Source: a virus
Taxonomy: Duplodnaviria; Caudoviricetes
Direction: 5' to 3' (one strand)
IMG/VR virus record: IMGVR_UViG_3300043446_003900
Span: 1 to 54,161 of that record
Length of the DNA stretch: 54,161 nt
Positions within the stretch are counted from its first letter, which is position 1. Every line of letters begins with the position of its first letter. Below the pieces are notes generated by a model that made no database searches, was not told where the DNA came from, and saw only the letters and a list, made by a program, of their open reading frames with translations. The position numbers and the translations under genes are program-made. This document shows, in pieces, positions 21,977 through 30,496 of the stretch.

Positions 21977-22678
21977 ATGGGATACTTTAGAGAACTACCA
22001 GATCTAGAATATCTTTCTCCACTATCTGATAGAAATTCTTCTTCAGAATATATTACTGTTAAAAATATATTTAAAAGAGTTAAATTAAGAGAAGATATTC
22101 AGGGATATCTTACATTATTTAATAAGTATGTTATTAAAGATGGAGATCGTCCAGATAATGTTGCTGAAGAGTTATATGGAGATCCAACTTTAGATTGGGT
22201 AGTTTTAATTAGCTCGAGAATTATTAATGTTCGGAATCAATGGCCACTATCCGATAAAGATATTTTCTTATACTCGGAGAAAATATACGAAGATTCTTTA
22301 AATCAACCTAGATTTTATGAAACAAAAGAAGTAAAAGATTCTAAAGGAAGATTAATTTTACCTGAAGGATTAATAGTAGATAAAAATTTTAAATCTCCAC
22401 GTCCAGAAACAGATAATGAACCAAATACTTCTTATGTGAAATTTTATGATAGTGGATTAAAACTAACAATAACAAAATATAATATTGTTAATTCAGTTAC
22501 AAATTACGAATACGAAACTAGAAAGAACGACAAAAAAAGAACAATAAACGTTCTAAAAAGAGGATATTTACAACAATTCTTAAATGATAGTAGAAAAATA
22601 ATGCTATATTCTGAATCTACACAATATTTAAACGACAAATTAAAACGGGGAGATAATATTAGAGTTAAATCACCATAA
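21977..22678 (+). CDS. gp53: Baseplate wedge subunit gp53 (LysM-like)
   Basis: YFRELPDLEY...DGDRPDNVAEELYGDPTLDWVVL...QWPL...NYEYE..KNDKKR.I. Confidence 0.9.
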   Translation: MGYFRELPDLEYLSPLSDRNSSSEYITVKNIFKRVKLREDIQGYLTLFNKYVIKDGDRPDNVAEELYGDPTLDWVVLISSRIINVRNQWPLSDKDIFLYSEKIYEDSLNQPRFYETKEVKDSKGRLILPEGLIVDKNFKSPRPETDNEPNTSYVKFYDSGLKLTITKYNIVNSVTNYEYETRKNDKKRTINVLKRGYLQQFLNDSRKIMLYSESTQYLNDKLKRGDNIRVKSP

Positions 22679-23257
22679 GAGTTTTAAATTTTTATCAAAC
22701 ATCATTACATATCGGTGCTTTCGGGAGCGTTCTTTCCATTCTCCTGCAGCACCTTTAATTTTGCCTCTAGAGTGTTTAGTTCCGTCTGCATAGTAGAAAT
22801 CTTTCTTCGCATCTGTAAGTCCGCAATATTTAAAGTTACAAGCCCTATAGATTGTGCCAGAATGAAAATCACTATCAGCGTAAGAGATGATTGCTTTAAC
22901 TTCAGTATCCTTCCGTAACTGTCTAATCGTTCTTGAAACGAACCAAGAAGTGATATTATGTTCATCAGATTGTGTGTCTGGGTGGATGCAGAGACGTGAA
23001 AGTTCAAATAATCCTTGCTGTTCATTTCTTTCTAATCCAAAAGCACCTTTTGCGATTTCTGGAACTGGCAGACCTGTAAAAATACAAACTCCTAGAAGAC
23101 CACCAACATTTAAAGGACTGAAATCATTCTTTTTGAAAAGTCCGTAATTGTATCCAGACTTAAATCCTTTTGAAATGTCTTTTAAATAGTGATATTCTAG
23201 GAGTACTTCTTCTGCCTGTTTTTTAGAAATCCTCTCAATATAATAGTCGGACTTCAT
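22670..23257 (-). CDS. mom: Mom-like GNAT-fold DNA (adenine) modification protein
   Basis: YHYL...LGVCIF...FELSRL...SWFVSRTIRQL...IISYAD...HSGTIYRACNF.YCG...KHRY, matching the motif pattern of the phage Mu Mom family. Confidence 0.7.
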   Translation of the reverse strand: MKSDYYIERISKKQAEEVLLEYHYLKDISKGFKSGYNYGLFKKNDFSPLNVGGLLGVCIFTGLPVPEIAKGAFGLERNEQQGLFELSRLCIHPDTQSDEHNITSWFVSRTIRQLRKDTEVKAIISYADSDFHSGTIYRACNFKYCGLTDAKKDFYYADGTKHSRGKIKGAAGEWKERSRKHRYVMMFDKNLKLLW

Positions 23258-23260
23258 AAA

Positions 23261-23914
23261 TTAATTTAATTTCCATAAAGATTCACCATCGATAGTTAAA
23301 AATTGTTCATAATCAAAGGATCTTAAAAAACTAGAAATCTTTTGAAAACAAGGTATGTTATCATCTAATTCAGATAACCCATGCTCAAACTGAATAAAAC
23401 AAATTTTTTTCTCTTTGAGAAGTTTTTCTGCACCACAGAGTATTTTAAATTCTGATCCTTCAGTATCAATTTTCAAATAATCAATTTTTTCTAATTTTAA
23501 ATCATCAAATATAGTATCTAATTTTTTACATTGAATCTGTTTAATTTTAATATTTTCATCGTTCTTAAAATCATTTCTAAAATAGATACTAGACAAAACG
23601 TGCCTATCTCCTGGACAAAAGAAAGTTTCAACACAATCTTTATCTGATACACCTATTTTTAATAATTCTACTCTAGAATCATCTTTCCATTTAGTTTCAT
23701 ATGCTTGCCAGTGTAATGGTTCTATGCCGATACATTTTCCATCAGGATATTCTTCTAAAAAAAGAGCAGTAAAGTCATCATTCCAACCATAAACTAATGG
23801 TGCATAATTCATTTCAATAATTGGATTAATATTGCAACCTATATCTATTACTGTGGGATTTTTGCCCAAGTATGATGTAGAAGAACGTATAAGATTTTTA
23901 TGAATTGAACTCAT
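23261..23914 (-). CDS. FkbM-family methyltransferase
   Basis: VIDIGCN...IEP...IDYLKIDTEGSE..IL.GA...IQFE. Confidence 0.85.
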   Translation of the reverse strand: MSSIHKNLIRSSTSYLGKNPTVIDIGCNINPIIEMNYAPLVYGWNDDFTALFLEEYPDGKCIGIEPLHWQAYETKWKDDSRVELLKIGVSDKDCVETFFCPGDRHVLSSIYFRNDFKNDENIKIKQIQCKKLDTIFDDLKLEKIDYLKIDTEGSEFKILCGAEKLLKEKKICFIQFEHGLSELDDNIPCFQKISSFLRSFDYEQFLTIDGESLWKLN

Positions 23915-23931
23915 AAGTTTAAAAATTAATT

Positions 23932-23952
23932 AAAAAGGGAGGAATTCCTCCC
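23932..23952 (-). terminator. Rho-independent terminator after gp32
   Basis: Minus strand GGGAGG-AATT-CCTCCC-TTTTT. Confidence 0.8.
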
Positions 23953-23967
23953 AGTATTATAAATTTA

Positions 23968-24888
23968 TCAATCGTCAGATGCTAATTTTGCAAAGTAGGA
24001 CAAGGCATCATCATCTTCATCTTCTTCAACCGTAGCACGACGGGTGGGTTTGAGGGAAGACAGTTCTTCACGAAGATCCTCAGTTAGTTCACGAGTTGAA
24101 CCACGAGTGTACTCTTCTTCATTTTCAACTTCTTCATCCATACGCTTAGATGCTTTTCCAAGAACAGAATCAAGACGCTTCTTCAGTTCTTCATAAGTCT
24201 TGAACTCACTAGGAGACATGAATTCTGCAAGAGAATACTGCTTTTTCCAGATTGCTTCCAGAGCATCATCATCATTCAGAAGAGCACCAGCAGCAGCAAA
24301 CTCACTAGAATCATAGTTACGATAACCAGCGACGTTCTTTGCTTTCAGTTTGAAATTAGCACCAGTCCAGAAATCAAAAGGATCAATTGCTTGCTCATCT
24401 TCAAATTCAGGTTGCATTGCTTCGGTAAGTTTATCAAAAATTTTCTTACCATACTTGAAGAGAAAGACTTTACCTTCGTTCTCGGGATTGGCAGGATCTT
24501 TTACCACATAAATGTTGGAAACATAAGTCAGTTTGCGCTTCTGCTTACGTGCGACTTCTTTACCAGCATCTGTGCCGTTGTTCCAGAGACCAGAGTTGTG
24601 CTCACACACAGGACACTTCTGATTAATTGATGTAAGACAGTTATCAATCAACCAACCACCAGGACCTTGGAAAGCATGAGAATATACTTTCACAAAAGGA
24701 AGATCTTCTCCTTCGGGGGCGGGAAGAAAACGAATAACAGCATAACCATTACCAGATTTGTCGCAGTCAAGTTTCCATACGCGGTCATCGGTGGAACCAC
24801 TGGAAGTATTCATTTTTTCTACTTCTTTCACCAGTTTTTCGGTGAGAGAACCAAGTTTGGATTGTTTTTTAAGATCGGCAAATGCCAT
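23968..24888 (-). CDS. gp32: Single-stranded DNA-binding protein gp32
   Basis: DKSGNGYAVIRFLPAP...HAFQGPGGW...CPVCE...YGKKIFDK...GANFKLK and acidic tail DDDALSYFAKLA. Confidence 0.97.
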   Translation of the reverse strand: MAFADLKKQSKLGSLTEKLVKEVEKMNTSSGSTDDRVWKLDCDKSGNGYAVIRFLPAPEGEDLPFVKVYSHAFQGPGGWLIDNCLTSINQKCPVCEHNSGLWNNGTDAGKEVARKQKRKLTYVSNIYVVKDPANPENEGKVFLFKYGKKIFDKLTEAMQPEFEDEQAIDPFDFWTGANFKLKAKNVAGYRNYDSSEFAAAGALLNDDDALEAIWKKQYSLAEFMSPSEFKTYEELKKRLDSVLGKASKRMDEEVENEEEYTRGSTRELTEDLREELSSLKPTRRATVEEDEDDDALSYFAKLASDD

Positions 24889-24930
24889 TTGGATACCTCG
24901 GATAAATTGGATTTGGGGGATTACTCGGAT
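24886..24930 (-). repeat. Five 9-nt ATCC-initiated units forming the gp32 leader
   Basis: ATCCGAGTA ATCCCCCAA ATCCAATTT ATCCGAGGT ATCCAAATG; the last unit ends in the start codon. Confidence 0.85.
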
Positions 24931-24959
24931 AGTATAACAGGATTCGGAGGATCAGTCAA
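24931..24959 (-). promoter_or_regulatory. Sigma70-type early promoter of gp32
   Basis: TTGACT-N17-TATACT with TG in the extended -10 position. Confidence 0.8.
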
Positions 24960-25281
24960 GATATTTTTTGAGAGATTCAATCGTTTTTGTCATACTAGTG
25001 AATAAAATTTGCATATCAGTTTCTGGGGAAAAACCCATAAGTGCAACTGATTTGCGAAGGTTCTCTTTCATTTCAACCGCTTGTGGGTCGTCTGAGAGAG
25101 ATAACCTAGTATACATTACTCTTTGCTTTTCTAGCAAGAGTTCTAGTTTTTCAATGTGTTCCAGTTTTTCTTCACGGGACATTATGCCGAAAGTAAGAAT
25201 ACTTCCGTATATTTGTTCTTGGAGTTCATTAATTTCTTTTAGTTCATCTTGAATAATATCAGAATCAAAAAAACTACTCAT
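24952..25281 (-). CDS. DUF1825-like conserved cyanophage protein
   Basis: Probable start MSSFFDSDIIQDEL; LLEKQRVMYTRLSLSDDP motif; usual position between gp59 and gp32. Confidence 0.7.
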   Translation of the reverse strand: MSSFFDSDIIQDELKEINELQEQIYGSILTFGIMSREEKLEHIEKLELLLEKQRVMYTRLSLSDDPQAVEMKENLRKSVALMGFSPETDMQILFTSMTKTIESLKKYLD

Positions 25282-25870
25282 TGATAATGTCCCGTAAAAT
25301 TCTTTTATACTGGAATACGTCAATATTTATGAACGGCATATATTTTTTGATTTTTAAACTTACTGTTTCCCATACAGGATCGACAAGTTTTTTATCAAAA
25401 TCTTTTGAAAAATGGAATATTTTTTCGTATATTGTTAAAGTTTCTAGCGATAGTTGCCCGCTTAGAAACTTTTTGAGAACTAGTGGATGTCCTTTGGAAC
25501 AGTTCAAGACATCCTCTAATTTGATCTCTGAGAACAATTCGTTGCTTTGTTCTTTGAACAAGTAAGTCAAACTCTGTTGGCGTTTTTTCCACTCTAAATA
25601 AACTTGCTCTCCGCCATTTATTAAAGAACCGATCCATAAATTGCCAGGTGTGTCTGCTGCTACAAAGTTTGATACTAGAAAATCAACGACTTCTTTATCA
25701 TTATACTTTCTCGATGTTTTCTCGAAGAAATATTTATCCCGGCGACGATTAAAGGATGTGATACTGGCACGAGTCTTCGCACCATATTTAAAGAAGTCGT
25801 ATTTTGGATTTGTGAAATGATTTTTAAGTGACAAATAATGTTGATAAGTTTCAAAAGGAGTCACAATCAT
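25274..25870 (-). CDS. gp59: Helicase loader gp59
   Basis: YLSLKNHFT..KYDFFKY...RDKYFFEK...GHP...LETL...KKY.PF. Confidence 0.9.
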   Translation of the reverse strand: MIVTPFETYQHYLSLKNHFTNPKYDFFKYGAKTRASITSFNRRRDKYFFEKTSRKYNDKEVVDFLVSNFVAADTPGNLWIGSLINGGEQVYLEWKKRQQSLTYLFKEQSNELFSEIKLEDVLNCSKGHPLVLKKFLSGQLSLETLTIYEKIFHFSKDFDKKLVDPVWETVSLKIKKYMPFINIDVFQYKRILRDIINE

Positions 25871-26127
25871 AAAGGCAATTTAGCACGCGATGTTTTTTTC
25901 ATAAAATTGAGACGTGTTGCGTCCCACTTTAACCTTTCTTTCAAAGGTTTTGAAATAAGTTTAGTTACCGATTCTACCTCAAGTGCATTAATTTCACAAT
26001 AGTGGCAAATTGCATCAATGTAATTTAAATTTTCAGTTGCTACAATGTGCTCTATTTCTAAAGCAAATTTAGATGGTGTAAGAAATTTATTTTCTATAAC
26101 TTGTTCTAATTCTTTATTTGGTTCCAT
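25867..26127 (-). CDS. gp33: Late transcription coactivator gp33
   Basis: Probable start MEPNKELE; KFALEIE...YIDAICHYCE...KLISKPLKERLK.DA..LNF.KK.SRAKLPL. Confidence 0.88.
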   Translation of the reverse strand: MEPNKELEQVIENKFLTPSKFALEIEHIVATENLNYIDAICHYCEINALEVESVTKLISKPLKERLKWDATRLNFMKKTSRAKLPL

Positions 26128-26794
26128 AGAGTTCCAGTTTATCTCTAACAAACTTTCTAATATATTGGGTAAGAAGTTTGATGTATTTTGATTTGTCTCT
26201 TTCTTCATAAACGACGCATTCTCCATTTTCGCAGGCCATAATAATTACAAGCTTTTTGACTGAAATACCAGTCAATTCGTACAACATACAACCATATGCC
26301 ATACATTGAACAAAATAGTGTTCAATCCACTCTCGTGGTTTTGGTTTTTTAGAAGTCTTAAAGTCAATTATTGCTAACTCGCCGTTATATTCAGCGATAC
26401 AATCAACTGTTCCAGCAATACCTAGTTGCTTACTATATAGGGACCCTTCAAGGGCGTAAATATTATTTATACGATTCAGGTCTGTTTTCGCAATTTTAAA
26501 GAGAAAATCTGAGATTGGTTGAACTTCTGGAAGACTCTCATTTTTGAGATGATGTTCAACGAGTGTGTGCATATCCGTTCCACGACTTGTTGCCGCTTTT
26601 GTGATGCGATCTGCTTCACCATCTCCAACTTTTTTACGCCATTTAACAAAAATTTCTTTATTAAAATGACTGGTCACAGAAGTAATTGAGACCAGTCGAA
26701 GGAGTTCTTCTTCGTCTGGAACTGAATAATAACGAACACCATCTATAGTCTCCCTTTCTAGTTTAGGAAGATTCAATTCAACGTGATCAAACAT
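26114..26794 (-). CDS. PD-(D/E)XK exonuclease (RecB/Cas4-like)
   Basis: SITSV...RGTDMH...AGTVDCIAEYNG...IIDFKTS...QC.AY. Confidence 0.88.
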   Translation of the reverse strand: MFDHVELNLPKLERETIDGVRYYSVPDEEELLRLVSITSVTSHFNKEIFVKWRKKVGDGEADRITKAATSRGTDMHTLVEHHLKNESLPEVQPISDFLFKIAKTDLNRINNIYALEGSLYSKQLGIAGTVDCIAEYNGELAIIDFKTSKKPKPREWIEHYFVQCMAYGCMLYELTGISVKKLVIIMACENGECVVYEERDKSKYIKLLTQYIRKFVRDKLELYGTK

Positions 26795-27552
26795 TAAAAA
26801 CCTGCTTCCATTTTTGCAATAATGTACTCCTTAACAAGTCCAGAACGAACAATATCGTCTACACCAAACTCAATTATATCAAATGATGGCATTTTACGCA
26901 ATATATTCATAAAATCTACAATTCCATTTCTTTCATTTGTTTTTTGCAAATCTGACTGTGAAGCATCTCCACAAAAACAAATTCTAGAATTTTCACCAAC
27001 ACGAGTGATAATAGAATCCAACTCATGAAAATTAAGATTTTGAAATTCGTCAACAATTACAATTGCATTGTCAAGGGTTGTACCACGAAGAAATGATGTA
27101 CTCCAAAATCTAATGCTTTCTTGAGATTTAAGATTACCATAAAGCATTTCAAAATCAGCATCACTAGGCATCTGAAACATATACTTTACCATATTCTTAT
27201 ACGGAATTTGGTAAATATCTGCTTTATCATCATGAGTTCCTGGAAGAAAACCAATTTCTCTTGTAGCAACTAGTGAACGAACAATATAAACCTTTTCATA
27301 TGGAGTTCTTTCATCAAGAACATCGCATAAAGCATTGTAAAGAGTTATAAAAGTTTTTCCTGTTCCTGCACAACCATAAGCAACTAAATGTTTTCCACTA
27401 TCATAAGATTGAAAAAGTTTTTTTTGATTGTCCGTAAGAGGATCAATATCAACCAAAAAGTCTGCACTAATTGGTTTCCTTCTCTTCATTTGTTTTGCAG
27501 TCAAACCAACTCCAATAGGTTGGTCGTTGTTGCCTCTTTTTCTTCTTGCCAT
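26794..27552 (-). CDS. phoH: PhoH-family ATPase
   Basis: GCAGTGKT Walker A, REIGFLPG, FLRGTT, VDEFQN, CGDASQSDL and DIVRSGLV motifs. Confidence 0.95.
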   Translation of the reverse strand: MARRKRGNNDQPIGVGLTAKQMKRRKPISADFLVDIDPLTDNQKKLFQSYDSGKHLVAYGCAGTGKTFITLYNALCDVLDERTPYEKVYIVRSLVATREIGFLPGTHDDKADIYQIPYKNMVKYMFQMPSDADFEMLYGNLKSQESIRFWSTSFLRGTTLDNAIVIVDEFQNLNFHELDSIITRVGENSRICFCGDASQSDLQKTNERNGIVDFMNILRKMPSFDIIEFGVDDIVRSGLVKEYIIAKMEAGF

Positions 27553-27553
27553 A

Positions 27554-27802
27554 CTAGATCTTCTTTACTTTTGAACCAGGCATTTTGGCGGCACGACCTA
27601 ATACGTCGTTCCAACCAGGATTTTTTGAAATCAGTTTATTTTGCCAATCACCAACTTCTCCCGGAGAGGGACAAGTTGATGGATCAGACCAATCACGTAT
27701 CCATTCAGGATTATCTGTTTTCCACTGGTCCCAGTCGTGGATACTCATTTCCACTTCTTTCTGTTCACCAGTTTGAGTATTGACTACAGGATATACAGGC
27801 AT
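27554..27802 (-). CDS. Conserved cyanophage hypothetical protein
   Basis: MPVYPVVN.QTGE...GWNDVL..AAKMPGS; upstream of phoH; ATAAATA at 27832-27826. Confidence 0.75.
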   Translation of the reverse strand: MPVYPVVNTQTGEQKEVEMSIHDWDQWKTDNPEWIRDWSDPSTCPSPGEVGDWQNKLISKNPGWNDVLGRAAKMPGSKVKKI

Positions 27803-27831
27803 AAAGTTATGAATTCAAGATAATTTATTTA

Positions 27832-28593
27832 TTATGGACTTAAACGTGCTCTATGAAGGCGTTTTTCTTCATAATATTTCCAAACATTTGGAGACCATTT
27901 TTGGAGATGAGGAACAAACTGCTCACATAGTGCTTGAATTTCTAGTTGAGCATCCATTTTTGCTCGCAAGTCCATAATATGAAGAACAGAACGAAGGTTA
28001 AAAGAAACCACAAAGTTCTGACGAATTGCTTGTGCAAGATAATCCCTAATGTGCTCTTCACACATTCCTTTTTCGTATTTTGCTGCATAACGCTTACAAC
28101 CCTCTACGATCCAGTTTAACTCATCTTGATAATCTTCTTCTGTCCAATCATATTTTTTACCATAACGATTGGTGTAAAATCCGGCAGGACGAACATAGAA
28201 CACATCTTCTGGTTTTAATTCTCCACTAGCGACTTTAATTACTCTCTTACCAGTATAACGCTGCGATTGCACATCAAAACTTACACCCACTCTGTGGGTT
28301 CTTGCTTGCATTGCAACATTATGCACATACCCTGACACCGAAAAAGTAATTGAGGGGTGTTCTAGAGGACCCCAGTGCCCTTTCTCATTACTCAAAAGAC
28401 GTTCTACAACCCACTCACCACATTCACTTGGTTTAGGAATTTGTTGGTTATGAATAGGAGTTTCTGAGTAATCACATTTTCCTGCCTGATAAATGACTTG
28501 TTCTGGAAGAGCATAACATTGAAGCATTACTACTTCAAGATTTTTATCTAGTTCCAGAAGGTCTTTTGCTTTAATAGGTTTCATTTTTTCCAA
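27832..28593 (-). CDS. thyX: FAD-dependent thymidylate synthase
   Basis: GHWGPLEH...QARTHRVGVSFDVQSQRY...NLRS..H..DLR...AQLEI. Confidence 0.93.
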   Translation of the reverse strand: MEKMKPIKAKDLLELDKNLEVVMLQCYALPEQVIYQAGKCDYSETPIHNQQIPKPSECGEWVVERLLSNEKGHWGPLEHPSITFSVSGYVHNVAMQARTHRVGVSFDVQSQRYTGKRVIKVASGELKPEDVFYVRPAGFYTNRYGKKYDWTEEDYQDELNWIVEGCKRYAAKYEKGMCEEHIRDYLAQAIRQNFVVSFNLRSVLHIMDLRAKMDAQLEIQALCEQFVPHLQKWSPNVWKYYEEKRLHRARLSP

Positions 28594-28753
28594 ATCCTTT
28601 TGATGTTTGTGCTTCTAGTTCGTTTATTTGCTCTTTTACTGCACGGAGTTGTGCCTTCATTTCTTGAATTTTATCAGCATTATAAAGATGATCTTGTTTA
28701 ATTAATCTTTCAAGAAGTTTTACAAGTTGTTTTGCTCTTGATGTATCAGTCAT
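28571..28753 (-). CDS. Small coiled-coil hypothetical protein
   Basis: 60-aa ORF, LERLIKQDHLY...KGFG, overlapping both neighbours. Confidence 0.7.
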   Translation of the reverse strand: MTDTSRAKQLVKLLERLIKQDHLYNADKIQEMKAQLRAVKEQINELEAQTSKGFGKNETY

Positions 28754-28913
28754 CTAAATCAGAATCCTCAAAGATTTCGTCGTAATCTAAAATTGGTCTT
28801 TTTCTTACCTCTGGATTAGTATAAGCAGGAATATCAGAATAAACTTCTGCTTTTAGTGAGTCTACAAGCAACTCCAAATTACGAACAATAAGTTTTAATT
28901 TGTCTTTATCCAT
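28746..28913 (-). CDS. Small conserved cyanophage hypothetical protein (absent from the ORF track)
   Basis: Hand translation: MDKDKLKLIVRNLELLVDSLKAEVYSDIPAYTNPEVRKRPILDYDEIFEDSDLDD; overlaps the start of the next ORF. Confidence 0.75.
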   Translation of the reverse strand: MDKDKLKLIVRNLELLVDSLKAEVYSDIPAYTNPEVRKRPILDYDEIFEDSDLDD

Positions 28914-28934
28914 AAGATATTATTCTCTCTGATC

Positions 28935-28963
28935 ATTTTACACAAAAAAAGGGGGGAAGTCAA
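28935..28963 (-). promoter_or_regulatory. Sigma70-type promoter overlapping a terminator
   Basis: TTGACT(28963-28958)-N17-TAAAAT(28940-28935), upstream of the thyX/phoH gene string. Confidence 0.6.
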
Positions 28964-28972
28964 TCCCCCCTT
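28944..28972 (-). terminator. Rho-independent terminator
   Basis: AAGGGGGGA-TTGACT-TCCCCCCTT followed by a T run. Confidence 0.85.
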
Positions 28973-28976
28973 CACA

Positions 28977-29153
28977 TTACAAATGAGTTAACATATCCCT
29001 ACAGATTCTTTTGCAATTTTGTTGATCATCATCACACTCTATTAAACAATTGAGATAATCATTCATTAATTCATGTTGGTCTATAAAATCATCCACCTTA
29101 TTTTCAAGATTTTTCCAAGCAGCCAATTGATTGTAAGAAATTAAGTTGTGCAT
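28977..29153 (-). CDS. Small Cys-containing hypothetical protein
   Basis: GGAGG RBS before MHNLISYNQL; C-terminal DYLNCLIECDDDQQNCKRICR. Confidence 0.75.
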   Translation of the reverse strand: MHNLISYNQLAAWKNLENKVDDFIDQHELMNDYLNCLIECDDDQQNCKRICRDMLTHL

Positions 29154-29342
29154 AATAACCTCCATGCACAAAGAACATCATAATAAAGGAGTTTTCGTTC
29201 ATTTGTATCACCTCATATATTCTACTACTATCTAGTAATTTTTATGAGAAAATTCACACTTTTGCAACAAAAATTTATGCCTATGAGGTTATACCTATAA
29301 AAATAGTGTCAAGACCGCTCCATCTTACACTGTTATTATTTT

Positions 29343-30116
29343 TTAAGGTCTTGGAGTTCCGTATACATTAGGACCCAATCTGACTACTGGTTTAACACCG
29401 CTGGCTCTATCAGGTGTAAGTCTTTCATTTTTAAATTGAGTTTCAAGACCTCTCATTGTTTTATAGTCTTGCGCTGCTTGTGCTCTGACTGCTGGATTAG
29501 GAGAATTTTGTGCAAGTTCACTCGCTTTCTGTACAGATCCAGGATATGGATTATTTCTGTCGTCAGTATATCCTCTGGCAATCAAACTAGGAGTTGTTGG
29601 TTGAGGAGTTGCTCTTCCAGGAGTTCCAGAAAGAGAACTTTCTGGTTTTATTTTAACAACTGTTGGTTGTGTTCTTTCTGGTGGATTTGGTTTAGTGGGT
29701 TCTGGTTTAGTGGGTTCTGGTTTAGTGGGTTCTGGTTTAGATGCTGGTTTTGCAGCACCACCACCACTTACATTAGCACTTAAGGATCCAACAGCACCTT
29801 GTCTAATAGATGAGGTGCTTGTGTCGGCATTTGGAATTCTATAAGGAACTCCTTTCCATTCTTTATCTCCACCACCACTTTGTGTATTAGAAATAGAAGC
29901 ACTGATTCCTTTATTGATTTTATCACCTTGCCCAGAAACAGTTCCTCCACCAAGAGAACCTGATACAGAAGACTGAGTTCCTTGAGCACTTTTTCCTTGT
30001 ATAGATCCAGTTACAGCAGTAGAACTACCAATAGGAGCGCCAAAAGTTTTTCTAAAACCAAGAGTTGCTCCAGTTACTTGTTCCAATACAGATATAAATT
30101 CGTTATAAGTTCTCAT
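29343..30116 (-). CDS. Late low-complexity protein, possibly an internal head protein
   Basis: Probable start MRTYNEFISVLE downstream of CTAAATA; Gly/Ser/Pro-rich with PEPTK x3. Confidence 0.65.
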   Translation of the reverse strand: MRTYNEFISVLEQVTGATLGFRKTFGAPIGSSTAVTGSIQGKSAQGTQSSVSGSLGGGTVSGQGDKINKGISASISNTQSGGGDKEWKGVPYRIPNADTSTSSIRQGAVGSLSANVSGGGAAKPASKPEPTKPEPTKPEPTKPNPPERTQPTVVKIKPESSLSGTPGRATPQPTTPSLIARGYTDDRNNPYPGSVQKASELAQNSPNPAVRAQAAQDYKTMRGLETQFKNERLTPDRASGVKPVVRLGPNVYGTPRP

Positions 30117-30135
30117 TCTTCTTGACCTTTTTATA

Positions 30136-30142
30136 TATTTAG
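30136..30142 (-). promoter_or_regulatory. Late promoter CTAAATA
   Basis: Directly after the terminator, about 20 nt before the ATG at 30116. Confidence 0.65.
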
Positions 30143-30143
30143 T

Positions 30144-30170
30144 AAAAAAGGAGGGAATCAACCCTCCTTT
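30144..30170 (-). terminator. Rho-independent terminator closing the riboswitch cassette
   Basis: AAAGGAGGG-TTGATT-CCCTCCTTT followed by TTT. Confidence 0.85.
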
Positions 30171-30173
30171 ATA

Positions 30174-30275
30174 TCAAGCAACTTGAGGTTGCTTCGCCAT
30201 ATTCAATTGTGCAATATAAAGAAGTTTTTCCTTCTTATCTTTTTTCTTAAGATAACGAACGAAGTAAGTATTCAT
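30174..30275 (-). CDS. 33-aa basic peptide (absent from the ORF track)
   Basis: MNTYFVRYLKKKDKKEKLLYIAQLNMAKQPQVA; AAGGAGG RBS and ATGA overlap with the upstream gene. Confidence 0.65.
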   Translation of the reverse strand: MNTYFVRYLKKKDKKEKLLYIAQLNMAKQPQVA

Positions 30276-30409
30276 TTGTGCCCCTCCTTTACAAACTTAA
30301 CACCACGATAGGTTTCGTTGTATTGTTGAGGTTGTTGCATCATTTGCTGTTGATATGCGATACGCTTTTCCGTATCATATTCAACGCCACGATATACGAC
30401 TTTAGACAT
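30272..30409 (-). CDS. DUF4278-like YRG-motif small protein (absent from the ORF track)
   Basis: MSKVVYRGVEYDTEKRIAYQQQMMQQPQQYNETYRGVKFVKEGHK with two YRGV motifs; AAGGAG RBS at 30423-30418. Confidence 0.8.
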   Translation of the reverse strand: MSKVVYRGVEYDTEKRIAYQQQMMQQPQQYNETYRGVKFVKEGHK

Positions 30410-30442
30410 TAGGTTTTCTCCTTAGTTTTTGAGGTTAAAGAG

Positions 30443-30495
30443 CGTTCCTTCAGTCGGCTTTTGCGTTCGCTATTTGCGAATAGCGAATGAACGAT
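30443..30495 (-). ncRNA. glnA-motif glutamine riboswitch aptamer (downstream copy)
   Basis: AUCGUUCA-UUCGCUAUU-CGCA-AAUAGCGAA-CGCAAAAGCCGACUGAAGGAACG: P1 CGUUC/GAACG, a perfect 9-bp P2 and a short P3; recognised as the glnA RNA motif. Confidence 0.85.
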
Positions 30496-30496
30496 C

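Noticed and set aside
26114-26794. Cas4-like nuclease as a sign of a CRISPR system
   Set aside because: This is the usual cyanophage exonuclease between phoH and gp33; it has no Fe-S Cys cluster and no array nearby.
28977-29153. CP12 assignment for the small Cys-containing protein
   Set aside because: It lacks the AWD.VEEL core and the C-terminal C..NP...EC..YD pattern of CP12.
30460-30490. Perfect hairpin read as a terminator or tRNA fragment
   Set aside because: No U tract or cloverleaf; better explained as P2 of the glnA aptamer.
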